Below, one piece after another: positions 51,925-64,000 of a stretch of 64,000 nucleotides of DNA. Position 1 is the first letter of the stretch; every line of letters starts with the position of its first letter. The translations under genes were made by a program, and so were the position numbers. The notes below the pieces were generated by a model that worked only from the letters and a program-made list of their open reading frames with translations, searched no databases and was not told the DNA's origin. Source of the stretch: Mytilus edulis. Taxonomy: Eukaryota. The DNA is taken from the NCBI RefSeq assembly GCF_963676685.1, contig NC_092351.1, positions 22,878,001-22,942,000 of the forward strand. Reading direction: 5' to 3'.

Positions 51925-54570
51925 CAACAAAGTCAGTGTAAAAGTAAGAGAACAAACAAGTTATTGTAAACTTACAAGACCAGTCAAGTCAGTCTTAAAG
52001 TAACAGAACAAAAGACGTCAATGTAAAATAACATAACAAACAAGTGAATACAAATGTAGCAGAATACACAAGTCAATTAACGTATAACAGAACAGTCCAG
52101 CCAGTGTAAAAATAACAGAACAGCCAGGTACGAAGTCAGTGTAAAAATAAAACAACAAAAAAAGGTAACAGTAGTATACCGCTGTTCAAAACTCGTAAAT
52201 CTATGAACAAAAACCAAAATCGGGGTAACAAACCAAAACTGAGGGAAACGCATTAGATATAAGAGGAGAACAACGACACTACATTAAAATGTAACACACA
52301 CAGAAACGGACTAAGCATTAGACAAAATCCGATGAGAATAACAAATATAACATCAAAACCAAATACATGAATTTGGGATAGCAAAAGTACCGTGACACGT
52401 CTAATAGTAATGTGAATTCACACTCAAATATAGGAGGAAACAAACGACACAACGGAAACACTACGTAAAAATGTTACACACACAGAAACTAACTATGATA
52501 TAACAATGGCCATTTTCCTGACTTGGTACAGGACATTTTTAAAGAAAACAATGGTAGGTTGAACCTGGTTTTGTGGCATGCCAAACCTTAGACAATGTTG
52601 AATATAACATTAAAAAATAAAATCACAAAAATACTGAACTTAGAAAATGACAACATAATATTACAGGACTACAATACAAATAAATAGAACATATTAGGCA
52701 AAGAAACACATGAATAATAGATAACAAAAGGCATCAGGTTTAAAATTCAATACGCCAAAAACGCGCCTCGTCCACACAAGACTTACCAGTGACGCCCAGA
52801 TATAAAAGTTCGAAAGTAAAAAAAAAGTACAAAGTTGTACAGCACTGAGGATCAAAAGTTGAAAAAGATTGTGCCAAATACGGCTAGGGTTTTCTGTTTG
52901 TGATAAAAACATCCTTATTATTTAGAACAATTTATGCTATTGCAAACAGTAAATTTTATCAAATGAATATAAAACATATACATGATAAAACTGAACAAAA
53001 GTCAAGTCAGTGTAAAGAAAACAAACAGAGTAATGAAATCAGTGTAAAAGTTACAGAACAATCAAGCCATTAAATAAGAAAAATGAAAAACAGTTTTAAG
53101 TCAGTGTAAAACGAAGAAAGAACAAAACACCACCAGGTCAAGGTAAACGTAACATAATAGTCTAGGCAGTGTAAAAGTAAAATAACTGTCAAGTCAGTTT
53201 TAACGTAACTGAAAGGTCAGGTCATTTATAAAACAAACCAGAATATAGTCAAGTTAGTGTAAACGTGTAGTGTGGGTGACATTTGTCAATGTAGCATTAT
53301 TTCAATGTAGCATTATTTCAAAGTAGCATTTTTTCAATGTAGCATTATTTCATTAATTGTGCTAAAATGGATATTGTATAAACATTTGTACAGCAAAACA
53401 CTTAAATCAAATCAGAATGTGCAAGTCAGTGTACAGATGACATTTGATTCAAGTCATTGTAAAAGAAACAGAACAGTCAGATATTTAAAAACAACACAGA
53501 ACAGTCAAGACTGTGAAAGTCAATGGACGGTCAATTCATTTACAAAAATCTAAGAACGGTAAATTCAGTGTAAAAGTAATATAAAATTGAAGTTACTGCA
53601 GTCAGATCTTAAAACACTTGAACAGTCATGTCAATGTAAAAGTTACCGAACAGTCAGGTCATTTTAAAACAATGAAAAAGTTCAGTCACTGCAAACGTAA
53701 CAGAACAGTCAGATAATTAAAAAATATCATTCAGGTCAATTGCAATTTGAAATTGCAGAACAGTCAAATCATTTAAAAAGAACAGAATAGCTAAGTCAGT
53801 GTAAAACTTACAGAGCAGTCAATAAAGTGTTCAATGGAAACAAACCAGTCATGTCAGTGTAAAAGTGTATACGTTACAGAGCAGTCGATAAAGTGTTCAA
53901 TGAAACAAAACTAGTAATGTCAATGTAAAAGTAACAGTACAGTCAAGCCAGTGTTAAATTAACAGAACAGTCAATATAAAAAAAGAAGATGTGGTATGAT
54001 TTCTAATGAGACAACTCTTTGCAAGAGACCATATGACACAGAAATAAACAACTATAGGTCACCGTACAGCACAGTCCGTATTACATAAACAGAACAGTCA
54101 AGTCATATTAAAAAATACCAAATAGTAAAGTAGATAGTAAAATAAGGAAAGAACACAAAAATAAAGGAAACGTAAAAGAATAGTCTAGTCACCGTAAAAA
54201 TAACAGGACTGCCACGTCAATGGTAAAGGCACTGAACACTCAGTTCATTTACAAAAATCCAAGAACGATAAATTCAGAGTAAAAGTAACAAATCAGATCT
54301 TAAACAAAAAACCCGAACTGTCATGTCAGTGTAAAAGTTACAGAAAAGAACGGAACAGTTAGATCACTGTAAAAGTAACAGAACAATTACATCTTTTGAA
54401 AATAAAGGAACAATCAAGTAAGTGTAAAAGTTATAGAGCAGCCAAGGAAGTGTACAATTAAACAAACCAGTCAAGCCACTGAAAAAGTAACAGAACAGTC
54501 AAGCTAGTGTTAAACTAACGGAACAGTCAAGTCCGTATTACAGAAACGATAATAAAGTCAGTGTAAAACA
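51925..54570. repeat. Long degenerate ~29-30 bp minisatellite interrupted by mobile-element fragments
   Basis: Unit approximately agtcagtgtaaaagtaacagaacagtca; interruptions at 52161-52990, ~53286-53350 (16-bp unit x4) and ~53980-54070. Confidence 0.85.
52161..52990 (-). mobile_element. Penelope-associated repeat with a degenerate hammerhead motif
   Basis: Reverse complement matches 2513-2780; contains gggcgtca-ctggtaa-gtcttgtgtggac-gagg-cgcgtttttggcgt at 52752-52797. Confidence 0.65.
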
Positions 54571-55379
54571 AATTGTCAACAAAATCACCAATTTACCAAA
54601 TAACAGTAAAATGTAAAAATCATTTCCTACTTAAACAGTAAGCGATCTTAGCCGAAACAAACAGACTTTTTTCAATAAAGCATCATATCATTATATTTGC
54701 TATTAAGGAAATTTAAAAAATATTTATACAGCAAAGAAGTTAAATCAAATCATTATTCTATCCTATTATATAATTATGTATGTTGCTTTAGATATTTTGC
54801 TTTATTTAGTTATTATAAGTGATAGAAATAAAGGATTCATTGTGTAAATCGTCGTGACAGTAATAGTTTGATTTTTGTTTTAGATACAAACAATCAATCA
54901 TACTGACCTTGCTGACATTGAAGATAATAATGAATCCTTATCGCCACCCTTACTTTTTATATTAACCTTTCTGTGAACCAACCTATTTAATATTTCCTTA
55001 ACATTGGACCCAAAGATCTCTTACCTTCATTTGTCCTTATTCTTTATATCTTTGGCCCCTACAATACAGTCCTTGCTTTGCAATTCATTATCTGTAGTTT
55101 CAGCCGAATATATCTATTGGACTATTATATTCCACACAGTTATCAAATAATCTTTTTTGTTCACAATATTAAAATATGACCTTTACTAAAAGAACAATTT
55201 TCTATCATAAACGAAAAGGCAACCATTATATGGAAATTATTTAGTAATTACCGTGTTGAATGACATTTTAAAAAGTACACTGTGTCAAGACTAACCCGGC
55301 ATAAAATGTTTTAACTTGTAGAATGTCTATTTTCAGTTTGCTGATTGACCTCAAAAAAGACAGCTTTAAAGAGTCAAAG

Positions 55380-58015
55380 AACATGCATGTGTATAACGAC
55401 ATTGTAGATTTTCTTATTGATACAGAAAGTTGCCTGTCCGGTACATGAAAAGATCGGAAACGTTAATTTGAGGGTTGAAAATAGACAGCACGAAACAAAA
55501 AAAGGGGGAGTCGATCCAAGGGAATATTCTTATTAACTCTATATTTGAAAGATTTTTTTTAAAATTAATTAAAGGAGAGAAAAACAACTGTACGACACAT
55601 TGTTAATGGTCTTTCTTCCTTTCTCCTGTAAGAGATAGAAAACTCAGGGTAAGTATCTATAGAACAGAATAAAGGGGCAGTGGCAAATATTTCATATATA
55701 TTTCAAACACAGAGAGGATTACCACCGTATCCTGTGGCAAAAAAACCCTTCATTTTCCTATATGTTCTTTCGGACTTTATGTAATGAAGTGTAGGTTCAC
55801 TTTCCATATTCGGTATTCGTTATAATGTAAGCTCCGCGTGGTTAAAATCACGTGATGCAGGAATATAGTAACTTGGAGTTAGGCTATTTCTTTCTTTGCC
55901 TGGGGGGACTCCCAGCAAACAACATGCATGTGTATAAAGGCATTGTAGATTTTCTTATTGATACAGAATGTTGTCTGTTCGGTACATGAATAGATCGGAA
56001 ACGTTACTTTGAAGGTTAAAAATAGACAGCACGAAACCAAAAAAAAAAAAGGGAGGGCGGAGGTGGTCTCAAGGGAATATTCTTATGAACTCTATATTTG
56101 AAAGATTTTTTTATATTAATTAAAGGAGAGAAAAACAACTGTAAGACAAATTGTGAATGGTCTTTTTTTTTCTTTCTCCTGTAAGAGATAGAAAACTCAG
56201 GATAAGAATCCATAGAACAGAAACAAAGGAGCAGTGGCAAATATTTCATATATATTTCAAACACAGAGAGGATTACCACCGCATCCTGTGGCAAAAAAAC
56301 CCCTTCATTTTCCTATATGTGCTTTCGGACTTTATGTAATGAAGTGTAGTTTCACTTTCCATATTGGGTATTCGTTCTAATGTAGGCTCCGCGTGGTACA
56401 AATCACGTGATGCAGGAATATAGTATCTTGGAGTTAGGCTATTACTTTCTTTGTGGGGGGGGACTCCCAGCAAACAACATGCATGTGTATAACGGCATTG
56501 TAGATTTTCTTATTGATACAGAAAGTTGCCTGTCCGGTTCATGAATAGATCGGAAACGTTACTTTGAGGGTTGAAAATAGACAGCACGAAACAAACAAAA
56601 AGGGGGGGGGGGAGGTGGTCCGAAGGGAATATTCTTATGAAGTCTATATTTGAAAGATTTTTTTTAAAATTAATTAAAGGAGAGAAAAAACAACTGTAAG
56701 ACAAATTGTGAATAGTCTTTCTTCCTTTCTCCTGTAAGAGATGGAAAACTCAGGATAAGAATTCATAGAACAGAAAAAGGGGCAGTGGCAAATATTTCAT
56801 ATATATTTCAAACACAGAGATGATTACCCCGGCATCCTTTGACAAAAAAACCCTTCATTTTCCTATATGTGCTTTCGGACTTTTTGTAATGAAGTGTAGT
56901 TTCACTTTCCATATTATTCGTTCTCATGTAAGCTCCGAGTGGTAAAAATCACGTGATGCAGGAATATAGTATCTTGGAGTTAGGCTATTTCTTTCTCTGT
57001 GGGCGGGGACTCCCAGCAAACAATATGCATGTGTATAACGGCATCGTAGATTTTTCTTATTGATACAGAAAGTTGCCTGCCCGGTACATGAATAGATCTG
57101 AAACGTTAATTTGAGGGTTGAAAATAGACAGCCCGAAACAAAAAAGGGGGAAAGGTGGTCCAAAAGGAATATTCTTATAAACTCTTTATTTGAAAGATCT
57201 TTTTTAAATTAATTAAGAGAGAAAAACAACTTTAAGACAAATTGTGAATGGTCTTTCATCCTTTCTCCCATGCCAAACAATTGCCTCCGTTGAAATTCTG
57301 CAAATACCCATGGAGCAAATTACATGGATGATTAATAATGACCAATTGGTATATTGCTGTATTCTAAACGACACGTACATGAAGGTCATTAATTAATTTG
57401 TTGAATGAAATCAAATCTTTAACTACTAATGGATGCCGTAGGAGGTCGACCGGAATTTTAGCGAGGATTTCTTGGCATGTAAGAGATAGGATACTCAGGG
57501 TAAGAACAGATAAAGGGGCAGTGGCAAATATTTCGTATATATTTCAAACACAGAGTGGATTACCCCGGCATCCTTTGACAAAAAAAAAACCTTCATTTTC
57601 CTATATGTGCTTTCAGACTTTATGTAATGAAGGGTAGTTTCACTTTCCATGTTAGGTATTCGTTCTAATGTAAGCTCAGCGTGGTAAAAATCACGTGGTG
57701 CAAGAATATAGTATCTTGGAGTTAGGCTATTTCTTTCTTTGCGGGGGAGGGGGGACTCCCAGCAAACAACATGCATGTGTATAACGGCATCGTAGATTTT
57801 CTTATTGATACAGAAAGTTGCATGTCCGGTACATGAATAGATCGGAAACGTTAATTTGAGGGTTGAAAATAGACAGCACGAAAGAAAACAAAAAGGGGGG
57901 CAGGTGGTCCAGAGGGAATATTCTTCTGAACTCTTTATTTGAATTTTTTTTTAAATTAATTAAAAGAGAGAAAAACAACTGTAAGACAAATTGTGAAAGG
58001 TCTTACTTCCCTTTT
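55380..58015. repeat. ~545-bp tandem macrosatellite, about 4.4 copies
   Basis: Units start aacatgcatgtgtataa at ~55380, 55921, 56476, 57022, 57768; the fourth unit carries a ~210-bp insertion. Confidence 0.95.
57269..57479. mobile_element. Small insertion with 8-bp terminal inverted repeats inside one satellite unit
   Basis: catgccaa ... ttggcatg interrupts the unit sequence ctttctcc|tgtaagag seen intact in units 1-3. Confidence 0.65.
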
Positions 58016-61000
58016 CCGGTTCTACAAATGTTGAACTATTGTAAAATATCCAGCGTATTTAATGCTCATGATAGTTGTTCGCCAATCAAATCTTTAGTCA
58101 CAGCAGAATCTATCAAAATCAGTGTATGTACGATAATTGGTTGTATGAGCATTCCATTACCCTTTTTTTGTTTGTTTTACGTCCACTGGCGAATATTTCA
58201 TATATGTTGATGACAAAAGCTTTTAATTAGTTGGAAAATGGAAGGATTTTAGCAGTGAACTTATTTTAAAAATACAAATTTGCCAATCTTTTAATTTGCT
58301 GTAAACAGTGAACTTATTAAATACAAATTTGCCAATCTTTTAATTTGCTGTTAAGTATCACAAAATTAGCAGTCAATGATTGTTTTATTTTGAGTTATAT
58401 ATATATATATATTAAGTCTTCCACATTGTAACTGTAACGCAAAGAACCAGATGTAATAAGAATTGCTACAATCATAAACGCACTTCCCAAATTGCCATAC
58501 ACCATACGTACTTACGTTTTAGACCTATACCAAGTGTGCATGTGTGAAATGTAGGTTCTTGCGATTTTTATTTGATATTCGGGATGAAGGTAAACGTCAT
58601 TATATTCATTACAATAATCGGTCATCCTTTCAACACATATGTTGGTTCTGTTCATTTATGCAACATAAATAGTCCTCGAGCAATATTACTGTATTTTAAA
58701 GCTACAATAAAGTTAAATCCTAGACTAAGTGATTTATTTGTATTACTTTTATAATAAGTGAGTATTAAAAAAAAAAAAATTCATTCAACATTTTGTGGAC
58801 AAAATGTGACTTGAATCCATGATTTCGAAATGAGTATTTAAACTATGTCCCCTGACTGTACTAAAATAGGTTCGCTGAAAGTGGAGGTAAACTTCGATCA
58901 ACAAAACCGATCTTTCTACCAAGGATGTATATAATTTTTTATCTTTTAAGTTTTAATATTTTTATGTATTTGTTTTTTAAATTTTACTGTAAAATCACAA
59001 ATATTTCAATGCACGACCCGAATATATTTATCGTGTTCAAAAGTTCGAGAAGATCACGACCCTTTAAGTGTTTGTCTGCCTAACTGTTCAATATAAATTA
59101 TGTAATACTAGTATCTGTATTAGCTGCAATGTTATCAAAAGTATCTAGAGATTATTTATAAATATCAATAGAGTATTCCATGTAGGCTAAAAGCAGTGAA
59201 AATGGATTCATAAACTGATACGATCTATGTATAAGAATCAAAGGAGTAATAATCAACAGTATGTCTGAGCAACAGTGCTTTGTAGATTATTGATTTGTTA
59301 AGTTTGATATACCCTGGTCATGAAAAAGACTCATTTATCATATTTAGAAAGAAATATAGACTCTTGTATTTTACATGTTGAATATTCCGATAATGATTTA
59401 ATACAAATTTAATACATGTATCTCCAAAATATGTAAATTAGAAATAAAACAAAAATTATATCTGGCGTCTTGCAATATATATTTTTTTTAAATCACTGTA
59501 GATCATAGGAAGAAATCTCATGAGAGGTTGCGATCTCTTTACTGCTTGCTAACAGGAGAAAAATGTAGTAGAATCAATAAAAGATTTCATTTTTATTGTA
59601 AAGTTAGGAAAGATTATCTGTACGAATGCTTTTAAAAAAAAATGTGGTTTTACATTTAGCTGAGAAGAACACCCGGGTTTAGAATTTCATTTAATATTCA
59701 ATAGTTTAGGAATGATTTTCTCGATTCAACACACATCTGACCAATGCTTTGATGTATATCAATACATTTGCATATCAACTGTCTAATTATAATCATTAGT
59801 ATATACCACAGGGGAAAACAAGATAAGAAACACCAAGATAATTACGGCAAGTCGACGACCAGGTCAGACATAAATCATATTATCTGGGGGAATCTGCTGT
59901 GCCAGATGTTCAAACATTGATTATTTGGGTATATTTGTTGACAAACTATGCAAAGCCATGAGGTACGGAACAGAAACATATCAAAATTTATGTTATGAAG
60001 TCTACGAAACAGAATAGTTTATATGTTTATATCACATCCTACGGCCTGACACGGTTATATACTACTTGCATTATCCTTTTGAAATCAAACTGCGATGCGT
60101 GATATATTCATATGAACAAATCTTGTTTGCAAACGTTTTGCATACAACAATAAGAAAGGCAATAACACATAATACAAAAGCTCTTACCCTTTTACTTTTA
60201 AGTGTTGATTTATAAATTCACGTGTACATCACAGTATACATAACTATTTTGTATCATCGAGCAGTATTCTACAAAGTTATATGTAATTCTTCACACAAAA
60301 ACATCAGAAATCACTGGTCGCTAGGAAATAAATAACACGTGCATCTTAAAGCAATACTAGATTATTGATTTTATTCAACACTATCTACAAATGTTTCAAT
60401 AGTGTACAATATTCAGCGCATTTAAGGCTTATTACCGTTGTTCGCCAATCAAATCTTTAAGCCACAGCAGAATCTATCAGAAAGAGTGTTTGTACGATAA
60501 TTGGTTGTATGAGAATTCCATTATACTTGATTCTAATATGACGTGCTTCTTTAGCTTTGTAAACAACACTGGGATAAAATTCTCGAGAAAAATATACATA
60601 GCGCAGACTCAGAGATATACATAATAATGGCTGTTACAATATACTTCCCACGTAAATCTACATGCATTGGAACCTATTTGCAGACCCTCTGAAGATTTTA
60701 TTGTTTTAAAAAGGGCAATTAAAAAAAGACAGAATAACTTTTTTCTTATTCGTATGCATAATAAAAAGAAGTAATGCACAAGAGCTCGGAGAAATCAACA
60801 AAATAAAAATTAAATGAAATTCTGCGAAAGTCAGTTTATTTTATTGGCGCATTTGAGTCATTTCAAAACATGACGTCATACAAATGAAACCGCTAAAGTT
60901 GAAAGTTTTCTGTTGCGTGAACCATCGGAATTCGTATGATATTGTATTAAAACTGATTTTTGAAGTAGGTTTTATTTCATTTTCTATTCTATTGCATTAT

Positions 61001-64000
61001 TCTCATATTTATTCGTTTCAGCAAGTCAACATGGCGGCTCCGTAGTTACAAAATGTCAACTTTTGATTTAACGGAAGCTTTCGAGAAAATCATGTAAATT
61101 AAAAATGGCAAATGTTCGGTTTGAGAATTTAAAGAATTAAAAAGTTTTTTTTCTAGCAGTTATTCACGAACTAACCTACCCAAGCTACATATTTATAAAG
61201 CTATTTGAGCTTTATCTAGCAGGGAGTAAAAAAGAACAGCCACACACATAGCATACCCACCCTAGCTTCAGTTTTTTAATGACCGTATTTGTCCTATTAG
61301 AATCGAAATAATTCATGGAAGCCATATATTGTTGGAAATTTACACATGGCCTGGGGCATGATATTCGAATTTTATGCTGAGCGTTAGATTTATGTTAACT
61401 TTATATCCAGTGGCAAATATTTCATGCATGTTGAAGGCAAAAACGTTTTATCGGTAGGAAGGATGTTGAACAGTGTAACATTCCCAATGGAATTTGTACA
61501 ATTAAGCAATACAAATTTTCTATATGTTAATTGATTTGAAAAGTCATATACAATGTGAATGATTGTTTATTTTTGTTTTTTTTATAAAGATTATTGTGTC
61601 GTTTGCGATTTTAATAGATATTAAGTCGTCGTACATTTTAACTGTAATGTTGAAAATGATGAAAATCAGAAAGAAAAATTATTGCCTATACATGTACATG
61701 TATACCCAAAATACACTAAGTTTACGAAAATATTAATCTTTAAACATAAAACTCTTGTATGTTTCTTGTTAACATGATTTAACTGAGATAATAATCCTCA
61801 AATTTCTATTAAAAAATCTGTTGTAGAATGAAGCAAATGTCGATATTCGTAGGATACATTACGATAGTAAGTGTATACGAAAGCTGACGACTCATGTGAG
61901 AAAAAAATATTGAAACATTTAAGATTATCTATTACAGGGTTTCATGACAAAAGTGTCACAGTGACTACCCACATTTAACATTAAAGTAACAACCTCCCAA
62001 CAACAAGGAACACATATAAGTTGACAAAACACATGAGTAAACGAGTCCTTGTTTTAGTTTGCTACCCCGATTTTGTTTTTTGTCCATGGATTTATGAGTT
62101 TGAACATCGGTATACTACTGTTGCCTTTACTTAATAGATACCAGATCAGATACTAACGAATGAGACCATTTAATATTCATTTGCTAATAAATTAATACAC
62201 TATTGTATGATTACAATGAAGAATATAAACCAATAACTTGAAGTAAGATTAAATATTTAGAGGTAAAAGAACACGATGCGGTGACCTGGGAGGATTAAAT
62301 GGTTTCACGGGCAGACTCAGCATAAAGTTAAATATTAAGGTTAAATTGTTTTACTAAACAAAAACATAAACGAATTTACCCACCAACTTCAATTAAATGC
62401 ACCCGAATACTATAATGTTATTTTACATTACTTTAATTGTTCAACCCCTTATAACGCTCAAACAGACATTCTGTTTTATTTTTGCAGTATAACAAAGATA
62501 TTAAATACTAAAATAAAATATGATGTACCTTATCAACATTTTGAAAATCTGTATAAAACCGGTGGATATTGATTTTAAATTTAGAAATTCAAAAATTGTC
62601 AAACACTGTGAGGACACAAAAAAACCCGTTTGAAAACTACACATCGGCAATAATCTTTGGAACTAATACTTCTTACGTCTTTTTGCAACTAAAAAGCATT
62701 TACTAATTGACAATAGATATACGAAGATGTGGTATGAGTGCCAATAGGAAAACTCCAAGTCACAATTTGTAAAATTAAAACATTATAGGTCAAAGTACGG
62801 TCATCAACACAGAACATTGACTCGCACTAAACAGCAAGCTATAAAGTTTTCAAGCTGTTTCATTTCACTACACATGAAACAGCTATCATGGATAGCAATA
62901 CCTTAGCAGACCTCAATCCACTTGTCGTAGCGTTGACATTTTAGTAGTAAAACGTTTTTTATGCAGAAAATTTACATAGTGTTTTACAGTTATATTCCTA
63001 GCAAAATTTTTGAAACATGTAGGTATCTAACAATTAAAAAATGAATTTACAGATCAAAATTAAACACCTGTTTCCAAAACTGTGCAAACATAAAATCATT
63101 CACAGTTAAAATTTGTTAAAAAAGCAAAAAATCAAAACGATATAACAATCTCTAATAGAAGCAAACATTTTTTTCTCTACAAGACTATCAATTAACTGTG
63201 AAAAGTAATTTCCTATGAGGCTCTGTTGAATATACGGGAAAGCATTGACGCCATATGTGCCACTTAATCAATACAAAATGAGAGGGTATCTAGATAATCA
63301 TTTCTTAAAAGTGACTAATTAAACAACCAGTAATTGCATTAAACAGTCATACAGTCTCATTAGATTAAAAAGATATATTGTATTGTTGTAGCTGAAGACC
63401 TTCCATAAGTAAAATTTTGAAAGGCTGGTGCTGCTTATCTTTGGGCTTTTCAATAGTATTGATATATAATTTCCAAAAAGGTTTTACCTAGCCCAAGTCC
63501 CTATTCCAATGAATCAGAAACTACACATTAAATCTCAAAGTTATTTTAAATTGCTTCAGTGTTATTATGTAGATGAAATCAAAATATTAAAAAAAAAACC
63601 ACCAAAAAAACGAAAATAAAACCCAGACAGTATCATCAATAAAAATATTCTTCAACTTTGTTTTTGCCTCAGCAATCTTATTTACATTTTGTAGTACAAC
63701 GACTGATGACGGAATACGGAAATGGCAAAAATAACAATTATTTCAAAGGGATTTAAAATCGGACAAAAACTCAAATCTTTTAAGGAACAGTCAGTTGTAA
63801 AAGTATACCTTTTTATGAACTTTTCACATTCACTATAAACGCATTAGATGTGCAGCTTTTACCTTTATCAATCACAAGATTACTAAGTGATAATATGCTG
63901 TTTATTGTTTTTGTAGATTAGGATGTTTATAATAATGCGATCTATTTACACAATATGATCGCACATAAAGAGATATTACTCCACTAATCATACTAACAAT

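Noticed and set aside
56016-58210. Repeated ORFs (e.g. LTPRYYIPASRD)
   Set aside because: Products of the 545-bp satellite; homopolymer indels shift frames between units.
63700-63725. ctgatga..gaaa as a hammerhead ribozyme
   Set aside because: No stem I/III pairing or cleavage triplet in the right place.

Overview
AT-rich, repeat-dense eukaryotic DNA with spliced genes. The repeat families suggest a bivalve mollusc, probably a Mytilus-type mussel (inference, not verified). Manual exon assembly gives: (1) a four-member cluster of ependymin-related (EPDR) secreted-protein genes. It has a minus-strand tandem pair (5935-12168, exon 1 destroyed but exons 2-5 open; 18493-23469, intact) head-to-head with a plus-strand pair (27513-32909; 41026-45760). 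(2) A convergent minus-strand gene (about 47.3/49.0-51.6 kb) encoding a signal peptide plus a GPR158/GPR179-type Cache + EGF-like ectodomain, with no seven-transmembrane region visible, so possibly a soluble amino-acid-type sensor or decoy. The rest is mobile DNA: Penelope-like RT elements of two families, an RTE-type LINE with a nested Penelope-like copy, a tRNA-derived SINE, Helentron-associated (HINE) elements, Kolobok-like and Tc1/mariner-like MITEs, hairpin-ended Crypton-like elements, an ISL2EU/Harbinger-like transposase relic, six hammerhead-ribozyme remnants, and micro-, mini- and macrosatellites. All gene models were read by eye from GT-AG boundaries and frame continuity; no database searches were run.
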